Below, one piece after another: positions 48,842-59,109 of a stretch of 64,000 bases of DNA (within the stretch, counting starts at the first letter, position 1; every line of letters begins with the position of its first letter). Source of the DNA: an uncultured Veillonellaceae bacterium (GTDB lineage Bacteria; Bacillota; Negativicutes; JARBTT01); assembly GCA_963805085.1 (NCBI GenBank), contig CAWDTA010000002.1:960001-1024000 (forward strand), in the 5' to 3' direction. The notes under the pieces were generated by a model that was not told where the DNA came from, searched no databases, and saw only the letters and a program-made list of their open reading frames with translations. Position numbers and translations under genes: made by a program.

Positions 48842-49173
48842 AATTATTACTCCGTTAATCAAAAAGTGAAACTTAGTACCCAAAAGTAATACAAATCAAA
48901 ATATATATAACTTATTATAGCATAAGTTGATGAAAAATTTTAAAAAAATTAGGATGTATACTGTTCAAATTACAGCTGGTTATTCTAGCATAAGAATATC
49001 ATATATGAAATAGAGCGTAACATGATAAAATGTAGGAGAAATATTAACATTTTAAAATTATAAATTTACAGCGTGGTAACATAGTAAAAAGCTTTTCAGT
49101 AGAGAAAATTTTCAGCTATGATGGTTTTGCATGTGGAATGTTTCGCAAATTATTTGAAGGGGAGGTCATTTTT

Positions 49174-50427
49174 ATGATGACATGGTTTGGGGTAGCTATG
49201 GTAGTGGCTACCATCTATTTCTTGCTAAAACGTTATGATTCTCGTTTGGTATTATTAGCTTCTGGTATTATTATGGCTTGCGTCGCTGGTACGCCAATGG
49301 TCGCGTTTGATGCTTTTTCTAAAAATATGACAAATGGCGGTCTCATCGAAGCAGTTTGTTCGGTAATGGGTTTTGCACTCGTTATGAAGTTTACGGAATG
49401 TGACAAGCATTTAATCAACCTAGTTGCAGGTTTGCTAAGCAAAGTGCGTCCGATCTTAATTCCTGGTGCTGTTATTGGTACCTTTGCGATCAACATTGCA
49501 CTTCCTAGTGCAGCAGGCACTGCTGCGGCTGTTGGTGCCATTTTCATTCCGGTAATGATGTCTGCTGGTGTCCATCCAGCAATGGCGGCTGCCGCGGTAA
49601 AATCAGGTACATATGGTAGTATGCTGAGCCCCGGCTTATCACATAATCCTTTTGTTGCTAAAATTGCTGGCATAGGCGTAATGGATGTTATCTCAGTTCA
49701 CTATAAAGCTGATATTGCATCTGTTGTTATTGCTGCGATTGCATTGTTTTTTTTAGGTTATGTACTGAAGGAAAATAAAGGCCATAAAGCAGAAGGCCTT
49801 GAAGCGGACAACAATTTCGAAGTCAATTTCTTATATGCTATCGTACCAGTATTGCCAATTGTTATGCTCTTATTGGGTTCAACAGGCGTGGCACCAGCAT
49901 TCAAAATGGGTGTACCACCAGCAATGGTGATCGGAGCAATCATTGCATTGTTAGTAACAAGAAAAAATCCAGTAGGCTTAACGAAGTCTTTCTTTGATGG
50001 TATGGGACAAGCGTATGCATCCATCATGGGGATTATTATTGCGGCTGGGGTATTTGTATCTGGAATGGAAGCAATGGGCTTGGTAAAAGCCTTCATCGCT
50101 ACAATGCTAAATTCACCAGGTATCGTAAAACTTTGTGCAGCAGTTGGTCCATTTGTACTTGGAATCATCTGTGGCTCGGGTGATGCTGCTGCTTTTGCGT
50201 TCAATGAAGCAGTAACACCACATGCCGCAGACTTTGGTTTAACCCCAGCACAAATGGGTAGTATGGCAACTCTAGGTGGTGCGCTTGGTAGAACGATGTC
50301 ACCAATCACGGGCGCAACCATCATCTGTGCAGGTATTGCCGGAGTAAATCCAATGGAAGTTGCCAAACGTAACTCCCTTGGCATGGTTTGTGCCATGATC
50401 GTTGCAATGTTACTTCTTTTATATTAA
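49174..50427 (+). CDS. dcuC: DcuC-family C4-dicarboxylate transporter
   Basis: GGAGG RBS; SVMGFA, ALPSAAG, GSGDAA, LGRTMSPITGA. Confidence 0.85.
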   Translation: MMTWFGVAMVVATIYFLLKRYDSRLVLLASGIIMACVAGTPMVAFDAFSKNMTNGGLIEAVCSVMGFALVMKFTECDKHLINLVAGLLSKVRPILIPGAVIGTFAINIALPSAAGTAAAVGAIFIPVMMSAGVHPAMAAAAVKSGTYGSMLSPGLSHNPFVAKIAGIGVMDVISVHYKADIASVVIAAIALFFLGYVLKENKGHKAEGLEADNNFEVNFLYAIVPVLPIVMLLLGSTGVAPAFKMGVPPAMVIGAIIALLVTRKNPVGLTKSFFDGMGQAYASIMGIIIAAGVFVSGMEAMGLVKAFIATMLNSPGIVKLCAAVGPFVLGIICGSGDAAAFAFNEAVTPHAADFGLTPAQMGSMATLGGALGRTMSPITGATIICAGIAGVNPMEVAKRNSLGMVCAMIVAMLLLLY

Positions 50428-50545
50428 TCTGAACGGTAAAATTCATAGTTAAGATAAAAGAGAAGAGGCTGTTGCAGGGATACTGTAACAGCCTCTTCGT
50501 ATAAAACTTAAAAATAATGGTTTGTTTTTGAAGGAGAGTTTAGCT

Positions 50546-51859
50546 ATGTTCGATCAAAAAATTATAAATTTAGCAGAAAACTTAAAAGGAATTACGATTG
50601 AGCGTCGTCGTGATTTACATCAATATCCAGAGGCTGCTTGGACGGAATTTCGCACAGCTGCTTTTGTAGCGGATATGCTTACAGAATTAGGTTACGAAGT
50701 TAGCGTTGGCGCAGATACGATTGCTGAAGCTGGTATGATGGGGGTTCCAACAAATACGGTATTAGCAGAGCATATGGAACGTGCAATAGCGCAAGGGGCA
50801 AATCCTAATTGGGTGGAAAAGATGGCGGGTGGTAAAACTGGAGTTGTCGGCGTTTTAAAATTTGCCAAGCCCGGCCCAGTCGTAGGTCTTCGTTTTGATA
50901 TGGATGCCAATGATGCAATTGAAGCAACAGAGAAAAAGCATCGTCCAGCAAAAGACGGTTTCTGTTCTATAAATCAAGGCGCAATGCATGCTTGCGGGCA
51001 TGATGGGCACACTTCCGTGGGCTTAGCAGTTGCGGAAATACTAATGAAGTTAAAAGATGAGCTTGCTGGCAGCGTAAAATTGATCTTTCAGCCAGCTGAA
51101 GAAGGTGTTCGCGGGGCCAAGGCAATGGTAGAAAAAGGCATTGTTGATGATGTAGAGTATATGTTAGGGGCGCATTTTGGGTTTCAAATGAAAAAGACGG
51201 GGCAACTTGCTTGTAATGTAACTGGTTTCTTAGCGACAAGTAAATACGACGCTGAGTTTACTGGTTTACCGGCACATGCTGGAGCAGCGCCAGAAACAGG
51301 TAAAAATGCCTTGCTTGCAGCCGCAGTTGCCGCTGTCAATTTGCATGCGATTTCTCGGCATAGTGATGGCGTCTCTCGTATCAATGTTGGGATATTAAAT
51401 GCAGGTAGCGGGCGGAATGTCATCCCAGCAAATGCGGTGATTAAACTAGAAACCCGTGGCGCAACCAGTAAAATCAATCATTATATGATTGCGGAAGCAA
51501 CTAAAGTGATTAAAGCTGCGGCAATGATGTATGATGTTGAAGTGGAAATCACGGAAATGGGTGGTGCCGCTGGCGGAAATAATTCAGTGAAACTGGCGGA
51601 TACCATAACAAAAACAGCGGAGCGTCTTGGGATCTTTGAAGAAATCGTACCAATTTGTAACTTTGGCGCAAGTGAAGATTTTTCTTATTTCATGGAGAGG
51701 GTTCAAGAAAAAGGCGGGCAGGCCGCCTATATGATGATTGGGGCGGATTTAGCTGCAGGACATCATGATTCTTATTTTGACTTTGATGAAAGAGCCCTCA
51801 ATCTCGCAACGAAAATGATTGCGACAGCAGCGATAGATTTATTAACCAAAGAAAAATAA
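50546..51859 (+). CDS. M20D amidohydrolase (AbgA/IAA-Asp hydrolase-like)
   Basis: RRDLHQYPE, RFDMDA, HACGHDGH, FQPAEEG, ASEDF, AGHH. Confidence 0.88.
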   Translation: MFDQKIINLAENLKGITIERRRDLHQYPEAAWTEFRTAAFVADMLTELGYEVSVGADTIAEAGMMGVPTNTVLAEHMERAIAQGANPNWVEKMAGGKTGVVGVLKFAKPGPVVGLRFDMDANDAIEATEKKHRPAKDGFCSINQGAMHACGHDGHTSVGLAVAEILMKLKDELAGSVKLIFQPAEEGVRGAKAMVEKGIVDDVEYMLGAHFGFQMKKTGQLACNVTGFLATSKYDAEFTGLPAHAGAAPETGKNALLAAAVAAVNLHAISRHSDGVSRINVGILNAGSGRNVIPANAVIKLETRGATSKINHYMIAEATKVIKAAAMMYDVEVEITEMGGAAGGNNSVKLADTITKTAERLGIFEEIVPICNFGASEDFSYFMERVQEKGGQAAYMMIGADLAAGHHDSYFDFDERALNLATKMIATAAIDLLTKEK

Positions 51860-51990
51860 GTGATACTCAACTGCATATAAACACCATAAAATAAAGTATT
51901 ATATCACGCTGAAACACAGTTTTTGGGTATGCCATTGATTGTGTTTGGCGGATTATAAATTCTTATTTTATGGTGCTATTTTTTAATTGT

Positions 51991-52011
51991 ATAGTTGATT
52001 AGGTCAACTAT
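51991..52011. promoter_or_regulatory. MarR-type operator palindrome
   Basis: ATAGTTGA-ttagg-TCAACTAT overlapping TATAAT upstream of marR. Confidence 0.75.
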
Positions 52012-52050
52012 AATGCTGTATAATATAGATAAGAAAAACAATGATATGGA

Positions 52051-52533
52051 GTGAAACCTATGGATGAATTAGATATTGCAAGGCAATTTGGCCTGTTAAA
52101 TAGACGATCACAAGCATTTATCACCACTGCTTGCGGTGATATGGGAATTGCTTTTTCGGAATGTGTGTTGTTACTGAATTTATATCATCGCGCAGGGATT
52201 AACCAAGAGAATATGTCAGCTATTTTATTTGTTGATAAGGCGGCAACGACGCGAACGATTAAATCTCTTGAAAAAAAGGGCTTTATTAAAAGGAAGCAAA
52301 GCAAAGCTGATAAGCGTGTGAAGAAATTGTATTTAACAGAAAAAGGTGAAGCGACGAAGGAACCTATTTTTGCAATTCTAGAGAGATGGATGGATTTTCT
52401 TAGTGAAGGTATGGATAAAGCAACTTTTGATACCGTATTAAAAGGATTAAAGTTCATTGCCGAGAAAGCAGGCAGCAAAGAATTTTATGTGTTATGTGAA
52501 AAAGAGGGAGACGAGGGGGGGGAAACGTTATGA
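52051..52533 (+). CDS. MarR-family regulator
   Basis: VDKAATTRTIKSLEKKGFI..DKRVKKLYLTEKG. Confidence 0.92.
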   Translation: MKPMDELDIARQFGLLNRRSQAFITTACGDMGIAFSECVLLLNLYHRAGINQENMSAILFVDKAATTRTIKSLEKKGFIKRKQSKADKRVKKLYLTEKGEATKEPIFAILERWMDFLSEGMDKATFDTVLKGLKFIAEKAGSKEFYVLCEKEGDEGGETL

Positions 52534-53621
52534 AGAATAGAGTGGTACAAATAGCAATCATTGTTTGTTTGATTAGTTTACTTGTGCTAAGTGGTTGTGG
52601 TAAAAAAGCAGAGGTTGCAGAGGAAGTTCCAGTGGTTAAAACAGAAAAAATCATGATAGGCAATCTAGCTGGGGCGGCGAATTATTCTGGAGAAGTGCAT
52701 GGTCGTTATGAATCGCAACTTTCTTTTCAAGTGAGTGGGAAACTGATTGCCCGGCATGTTGAACTTGGCAGTACGGTCAATGCTGGCGATGTACTGATGG
52801 AAATAGATAGCAAAGATATTGTACAAAATGTAAATATCGGGGCGGCGCAAGTTGATTCGGCGCGGGCGCAACTTAGTTTGGCAGAAGCTAATTTAAATCG
52901 ATATCGTCAGCTTTACGAACAATCAGCAATCAGTGCCGCGCAATATGAGCAATATCAAACTTCCTATGATTCCGCCTTGGCAACCTTAAAACAAGCACAG
53001 GCTCAATATACCCAAGGAAGCAATAGTTTAGGCTACAGTAAATTAGTTGCTGATAGTGCCGGGGTTATTTCCGCGATTAATGCTGAAGTCGGACAAGTTG
53101 TTTCGGCAGGGCAAAGCATGGTAACTTTAGTGAAATCAGGTGAGATGGAAGTAGAAATTAGTATTCCAGAAAATCGATTAGAGGAAATCAAAGCAAGTAA
53201 ACAAATTGCGGTGTCTTTTTGGGCGCTAAACAATGTCACGGTAACTGGTCAAGTGCGCGAAATTGCGCCAATGGCGGATAAGACTTCGCGCACTTATAAA
53301 GTTAGGATCAGTCTGATTAATCCACCAGAGCAGATTAAACTGGGGATGACGGCGAATGTAGCGATTTCTACTGCTGATCCTACGATGATGACTGCTACTA
53401 CGATTCCATTATCAGCGATCTATCAAACTGGTGATGTGCCGCAGGTTTGGGTAGTGAAAGATGGGGAAGTTAATTTACAAACGGTTACGATAGAAGCGTT
53501 TGGCGACAATAAGGTAAAGGTAATGTCGGGCTTAAATAATGGCGATATTGTCGTGGTAGCAGGCGTGCACAAATTGAGAGCGGGTCAAGAGGTGCGATTG
53601 TTAGAAGGTGAGGGCAAGTGA
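52530..53621 (+). CDS. RND periplasmic adaptor (membrane fusion protein), lipoprotein
   Basis: Lipobox LSGC; LSFQVSGK, SRTYKVR, IPLSAI, GVHKL. Confidence 0.92.
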   Translation: MKNRVVQIAIIVCLISLLVLSGCGKKAEVAEEVPVVKTEKIMIGNLAGAANYSGEVHGRYESQLSFQVSGKLIARHVELGSTVNAGDVLMEIDSKDIVQNVNIGAAQVDSARAQLSLAEANLNRYRQLYEQSAISAAQYEQYQTSYDSALATLKQAQAQYTQGSNSLGYSKLVADSAGVISAINAEVGQVVSAGQSMVTLVKSGEMEVEISIPENRLEEIKASKQIAVSFWALNNVTVTGQVREIAPMADKTSRTYKVRISLINPPEQIKLGMTANVAISTADPTMMTATTIPLSAIYQTGDVPQVWVVKDGEVNLQTVTIEAFGDNKVKVMSGLNNGDIVVVAGVHKLRAGQEVRLLEGEGK

Positions 53622-56600
53622 AAAATTTCAATCTAACAGAGATTGCTTTAAAATATAAATCCTTGGTCTATTATTTTATCATCGTAGTTTTTTTGATGGG
53701 GTGTTTTTCCTATACGAAGCTAGGCCGGATGGAGGACCCTGATTTTGTTATAAGGCAAATGGTGGTAACAGTTGCTTGGCCAGGAGCGAGTGCAAAGCAA
53801 ATTGAGGAACAGGTAACTGATAAAATTGAGAAGAAGTTACAGGATTTACCGGGGCTTAATTACCTTAAAAGTTATTCTCGTCCTGGCTCTTCGGTTATTT
53901 ATGTAAATTTGCGTGAAGATCTTAAAGCAAATACGATTCGTTCGAGCTGGGTAGAGGCTAGAAATTTAGTAAATGATATGAAAAGTGATTTGCCACAAGG
54001 CGTGGTGGGTCCGGCGTTTAATGATCATTTTGATGATGTATATGGTTCTATTTATGCACTGACAGCAGATGGCTATAGTTATGAAGAAATGCGTGTCGAA
54101 GCGGAGAAGATCCGCCGGATGCTACTTGATGTCGGTAATGTAAAAAAGGTGGAACTGGTTGGTGAACAATCAGAAAAAATTTATATTGAAATCGAAAATA
54201 GTAAATTAGCACAATTGGGGATTAATCCGAATACTATTGCTAGCATTATTTCTAAACAAAATGCAATGAATCCCGCAGGGATGGTAGATACGACTACCGA
54301 TAATGTTTATCTTCGTATTACTGGACAATTCGATAATATCGAAGCAATTCGTAGTTTGCCGATTCGCGCGAATGAACGGACCTTTCGTTTAGGTGATATC
54401 GCAACGGTTGAACGTAAATATGTAGAACCGGCTGAAGCTAAAATGTATTTCAATGGTGAACCGGCGATCGGCATTGCAGTATCAATGGAAAATGGCGGAA
54501 ATGTATTAACGTTAGGTGACGAATTAAAAAAGACAATCAGCAGTATTAGAAAGGAATTGCCCTTGGGATTAGAAATCAATCAAGTTTCTAACCAACCAGA
54601 GGTTGTAAAAGAAGCGATTGATGACTTTATTAGTACATTACGGGAAGCGATTATCATCGTGTTGATTGTTAGCTTCTTGAGTTTAGGTGTACGCATAGGT
54701 CTTGTGGTGGCGCTATGTATTCCACTGGTTATTTCAGGGGTATTTTTAGCAATGGAAATAGTCGGCATTGATTTGCACAAAGTATCGCTCGGCGCACTTA
54801 TTATTGCCTTGGGGCTATTGGTCGATGATGCAATTATTTCCGTGGAAATGATGGCGGTAAAACTCGAAGAAGGCTATGATCGATTCAAGGCGGCGTGTTA
54901 CGCCTATACTGCAACGGCGATTCCAATGTTAACAGGGACGTTGATTACTTGTGCTGGCTTTATTCCCGTCGGTTTTTCTAAAGGAACGGCGGCAGAGTTT
55001 ACCAGTAGTTTATTTCCTGTGATTGCCATTGCGCTGATCATATCTTGGGTAGTATCCGTTATGGTTACACCGTTATTTGGCTATTATTTAATTAAAGTAA
55101 AAGTTCATGATAAAACCAAAGAAAACGATGTATATAATAGCAAGTTTTATCAAGTGTTTAGAAAAATGTTAACTTGGTGTTTAAGACACCGTAAACTAGT
55201 ACTTATTGGGACGGTTCTTTGTTTCTTTGTTTCGATATTTATGATGAAATTTATTAAACAGGAATTCTTCCCGCCATCGATTCGTCCCGAAATTATCGTA
55301 GAGATGAACTTACCAGAGGGATCATCAATGAAAGCCACCGAAGCGGCGGCAAAGGAGTTTGCAGAGCAGCTAAATGGTGATGAAAATATCCAGAATTATA
55401 GCTTCTACGTAGGTACGGGTGCTCCACGGTTCGTGCTGACGACAGAACCAGTATTGCCTGCTAATAATTACGCACAATTTATTATTGTCGCCAAAGATAT
55501 TGCTACGAGGCAAAAACTTACGGATAAAATTCATAAAATTATAGAAGAGCAAATGCCAAATGTTCGTAGTAATATAAAATTGATTCAAACAGGTCCGCCA
55601 GCAGCATATCCAGTGATGCTTCGGGTTACTGGCTATGACCATGAAAAAGTTCGGCAACTTGCTTATCAAGTTGCTGATAAAATGGCGGACAATAGCAATT
55701 TAAGACAAATTAACTTTGACTGGAATGAAAAGAGTAAAGTAATGCATCTTGATTTGAATCAAGACAAACTGCGTGTACTTGGTATTGATGGACAATCGCT
55801 GGCAACAACCTTGCAAACACAATTAACAGGAGCCGCAATTGCCGAGTATTATGAACAAGATAAAACAGTAGATATTGTGTTTAGAATGCACAATGAAGAT
55901 CGTGATGATTTGTCAAAAATTAAAGATATGCCGATTGCTATTGGTGATGGTAGTTATGTACCACTTGAACAGATTGCAAAAATCAGTTATGATGCCGAAG
56001 AGGGGCTTATTTGGCGTCGTGATCTGAAACCAACTATCACTGTTCGGGCAAATGTGATTGATGGCATAACGGCAAATGATGCAACGCAGCAAGTTTATGA
56101 TGCAACAAAAGATCTTCGCGATAATCTACCAATTGGCTATACCATCAAAGCAGACGGTGCCTTGGAAAATAGCAGTAAAGCAATGAACTTTATGATTGTG
56201 CCGATTCCTGTGATGATTATCATCATTATTACATTGCTCATGTTACAATTACAACGGATGTCGTTGATGTTCTTGACCTTAATGACTGCACCACTTGGTA
56301 TTATTGGCGTTAGTTTTGGGATGCTACTGACCAATCAATCCATGGGCTTTGTAGCTGAACTTGGTATATTGGCTCTTAGTGGTATGATTATCCGTAACTC
56401 CGTTATTTTGGTCGATCAGATTGAGAAACATATTGCTGATGGTCAACCGATGTGGCAGGCGATTATCGATTCAGCGGTTCTTCGTTTTAGACCGATCATG
56501 TTAACTGCTGCTGCAGCAATTTTGGGTATGGTTCCACTGATGCGCAACACTTTTTGGGGGCCAATGGCAGTTGCCATCGCCAGCGGTTTATTCTGTGCTA

Positions 56601-56671
56601 CTATACTAACCTTGCTCGTGTTACCAACAATGTACGCGGCCTGGTTTAAGGTAAAGGAAACAAAAGAGTAA
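53618..56671 (+). CDS. RND efflux permease (AcrB/HAE1 family)
   Basis: LGRMEDP, LGLLVDDAI, GMIIRNSVIL, RFRPIMLT; 1017 aa. Confidence 0.95.
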   Translation: MKNFNLTEIALKYKSLVYYFIIVVFLMGCFSYTKLGRMEDPDFVIRQMVVTVAWPGASAKQIEEQVTDKIEKKLQDLPGLNYLKSYSRPGSSVIYVNLREDLKANTIRSSWVEARNLVNDMKSDLPQGVVGPAFNDHFDDVYGSIYALTADGYSYEEMRVEAEKIRRMLLDVGNVKKVELVGEQSEKIYIEIENSKLAQLGINPNTIASIISKQNAMNPAGMVDTTTDNVYLRITGQFDNIEAIRSLPIRANERTFRLGDIATVERKYVEPAEAKMYFNGEPAIGIAVSMENGGNVLTLGDELKKTISSIRKELPLGLEINQVSNQPEVVKEAIDDFISTLREAIIIVLIVSFLSLGVRIGLVVALCIPLVISGVFLAMEIVGIDLHKVSLGALIIALGLLVDDAIISVEMMAVKLEEGYDRFKAACYAYTATAIPMLTGTLITCAGFIPVGFSKGTAAEFTSSLFPVIAIALIISWVVSVMVTPLFGYYLIKVKVHDKTKENDVYNSKFYQVFRKMLTWCLRHRKLVLIGTVLCFFVSIFMMKFIKQEFFPPSIRPEIIVEMNLPEGSSMKATEAAAKEFAEQLNGDENIQNYSFYVGTGAPRFVLTTEPVLPANNYAQFIIVAKDIATRQKLTDKIHKIIEEQMPNVRSNIKLIQTGPPAAYPVMLRVTGYDHEKVRQLAYQVADKMADNSNLRQINFDWNEKSKVMHLDLNQDKLRVLGIDGQSLATTLQTQLTGAAIAEYYEQDKTVDIVFRMHNEDRDDLSKIKDMPIAIGDGSYVPLEQIAKISYDAEEGLIWRRDLKPTITVRANVIDGITANDATQQVYDATKDLRDNLPIGYTIKADGALENSSKAMNFMIVPIPVMIIIIITLLMLQLQRMSLMFLTLMTAPLGIIGVSFGMLLTNQSMGFVAELGILALSGMIIRNSVILVDQIEKHIADGQPMWQAIIDSAVLRFRPIMLTAAAAILGMVPLMRNTFWGPMAVAIASGLFCATILTLLVLPTMYAAWFKVKETKE

Positions 56672-56803
56672 TAACTACAATAAAAAAGTGCTTTGGCATA
56701 ACGCTAAAGCACTTTTTACTGTGAGTGATTGGCATGGAAGTGATAAAGTATGATATATTAAGAGATAATATATTTTATATGTTTGATAGGATGTGCAACT
56801 TGG

Positions 56804-57052
56804 ATGAATGAAAAAATAAGTTATTTTATCATTGCGTTTTCAATTTATTTACTAGGAAAGTCAGCAATTTTTTTTAATCACATGCCGATTTATTCCGTCT
56901 TGTTTGATATATTTATGGCGATTTCGTTACTCTGTAGTAATATTCCCCGCGTATTACCAGTCAAATCGCAATATTTATATTATATGAAAAAAGTGGAATA
57001 TGTCACTTTGGGACTCGCATTACTGATGTTTGTACTACTGATTATTCGCTAA
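56804..57052 (+). CDS. Small membrane hypothetical protein
   Basis: AGGATG SD before ATG 56804; three hydrophobic segments. Confidence 0.55.
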   Translation: MNEKISYFIIAFSIYLLGKSAIFFNHMPIYSVLFDIFMAISLLCSNIPRVLPVKSQYLYYMKKVEYVTLGLALLMFVLLIIR

Positions 57053-57084
57053 AGGGTAGATTTTTCTTTAAAATTATCAAACGA

Positions 57085-57762
57085 TTATCGTTTCATGCTA
57101 CGAATCAGTACCTTTTTCTCTTTTGTAATGCGGATTGATTCGGTTATTTTTTGTAGCGCTTTATTATAGGTGAAATCATCTAATGTATTGTGTTTTAAAT
57201 AATGCATTGCTTTTTCTGGATATTTGATATAGCAAATGGAAATTGCCCAAGCGATGGCCATTTTGACGTAATACCCATTGTGCTTTATTTTGTCTAGTGC
57301 AAGGAGTACTTGGTCAATAGATTCTTCCGTGATATAAAAATCAAGGAGCATGACGATGGCGAAGCGTAGTTCGAATTCTTGTGTTGAGGCCAAATAAGGC
57401 TCTAAAAATTTTTGTACGCGTGCGAGATTCTTTTTGGTGACTTTTAAACTAGCGCAAAAACCATCGCAGATCGCCCAATTGTCTATTTTAGGAATAAAAT
57501 CGGCTGTGTAACGTAAAATTTCTTCGATATCTGCTTTGACTGTGCCGATGACAAGCCCTTGTAGTAAGACTTCCTCATAATAGTCGTTTTGCGCACTTGC
57601 TAAATAAGTTCGCCAGTCGCCTTTTGCTATTTCCTTTGCAAGATTCCTAAGTAAGGGGACTCTTACGCCGAGAATATTATCCGTATTTGGGCATAATCGG
57701 CTGTGAAATTGGCGATAGTTTTCGTCAGTTAATGCAAATAGTCGTTTTCTGATTGTATCCAT
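57085..57762 (-). CDS. DNA alkylation repair protein (AlkD-like)
   Basis: ILGVRVPLLR, IDNWAICD, YYVKMAIAWA, NKALQK; AGGAG SD before ATG 57762. Confidence 0.88.
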   Translation of the reverse strand: MDTIRKRLFALTDENYRQFHSRLCPNTDNILGVRVPLLRNLAKEIAKGDWRTYLASAQNDYYEEVLLQGLVIGTVKADIEEILRYTADFIPKIDNWAICDGFCASLKVTKKNLARVQKFLEPYLASTQEFELRFAIVMLLDFYITEESIDQVLLALDKIKHNGYYVKMAIAWAISICYIKYPEKAMHYLKHNTLDDFTYNKALQKITESIRITKEKKVLIRSMKR

Positions 57763-57911
57763 GATGCTGCTCCTTATATTCTTTAATAGCGTAAAGTATA
57801 GCACAGGATGCTAGTATTGTTAAGAGTAGTTAGTCTAGGATAAACATATTACTTTTTACTTTGTACATGCTATAATGATAGTGAATAAAGTGTGAAGGGA
57901 AGCGACTGCTG

Positions 57912-58493
57912 ATGAGTATTTTAAACGTTATAAAAAAACGTAAAAGTGTAAGAAAGTTTAAACAACAACAAATTACCAACGAAGAAATGCATTTAATTGT
58001 TGAAGCTGGACAGCTTGCCCCAAGTGGTCATAATAGTCAAACGTCACATTTCGTTGTGATCCAAAACCAAGAAGTGTTAAATGAACTAAGAGAATTGGTC
58101 AAAGTGGAATTTGCTAAAATGGAATTTGATGAAACGACTTATAGTAGTATCAAAACTTCTATTACCTTATCAAAAAAAGGCAAATATAATTTTATGTACA
58201 ACGCACCAGTTTTTATCATTGCAACGAACCTACGTGGTTATGGTAATGCAATGGCAGATTGTTCGTTGGCATTGGGGAATATGATGCTCATGGCAGCGGA
58301 GTTAAATATCGGTACTTGTTGGATTAATCAATTAAAATGGTTAGCCGATAATGAAAATGTAAGAAAATATCTTGAAAAAATCGGTATTTCTGCCAATGAA
58401 ATGGTTTGTGGGTGCTTGTCGGTGGGCTATTCTGATCAACCAAACTTAGCGCCTGTTATTAGAAAAGGTAACGTTGCTGATTTTATCCGATGA
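57912..58493 (+). CDS. Nitroreductase family protein
   Basis: RKSVRKF, APSGHNSQ, YNAP, NMMLMA..GTCWI. Confidence 0.92.
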   Translation: MSILNVIKKRKSVRKFKQQQITNEEMHLIVEAGQLAPSGHNSQTSHFVVIQNQEVLNELRELVKVEFAKMEFDETTYSSIKTSITLSKKGKYNFMYNAPVFIIATNLRGYGNAMADCSLALGNMMLMAAELNIGTCWINQLKWLADNENVRKYLEKIGISANEMVCGCLSVGYSDQPNLAPVIRKGNVADFIR

Positions 58494-58622
58494 TAATTGT
58501 AGACAAACTATGGACAGATAGGACGCGGGTCGGTGACCTATCTTCGTACTAGGCTACAAGTGGAACGGATTTTGTTATTTTATGTTCATCGATATAATTA
58601 TTTTTATTTTATCTATAGTCTG

Positions 58623-58656
58623 ACTCCCGCTTTGTTTTTAGGCGGGAGTTTTTTTT
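58623..58656 (+). terminator. Intrinsic terminator
   Basis: ACTCCCGCT...GGCGGGAG followed by T8. Confidence 0.8.
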
Positions 58657-58753
58657 AGAATGCAAAAAAAAGATTAATTTTTAATTTTTTATTTACACTC
58701 TTAGTGATTTATGTTAATTTTAACACATCAAATAAAGATAAGAGGTTAGGGCG

Positions 58754-59050
58754 ATGTTTTTTAATATCTCTATTAATAAAACAATTAAATATTTTGAGGA
58801 AGTAGATGACATTACAGCGATGAGCGTGCGCTTATCTATGAAATATTTTGGTTGGGATTCTGAGGATCGGATTGATGCAGATCAAACAAAAAATGATGAT
58901 CTTTATCATATCAAATTTACGCGCAATGACTGGCCGGGCATTTGCTTTGAAACGCAAACCAAGGATGTTGGTAAAATCAATCAAATCACGAAGGAATGTG
59001 CAATGCGAGCGTTAAAGACATATCTTGATAAAGAAAATATTTCAGAGTGA
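58754..59050 (+). CDS. Hypothetical protein
   Basis: GAGGT SD, 98 aa, no recognised motif. Confidence 0.6.
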   Translation: MFFNISINKTIKYFEEVDDITAMSVRLSMKYFGWDSEDRIDADQTKNDDLYHIKFTRNDWPGICFETQTKDVGKINQITKECAMRALKTYLDKENISE

Positions 59051-59109
59051 TAAAGCAGCTGGTAGTTGAAGTTATTATTATTGTGCTATAAGAGAAGGTA
59101 GGAGATCAA

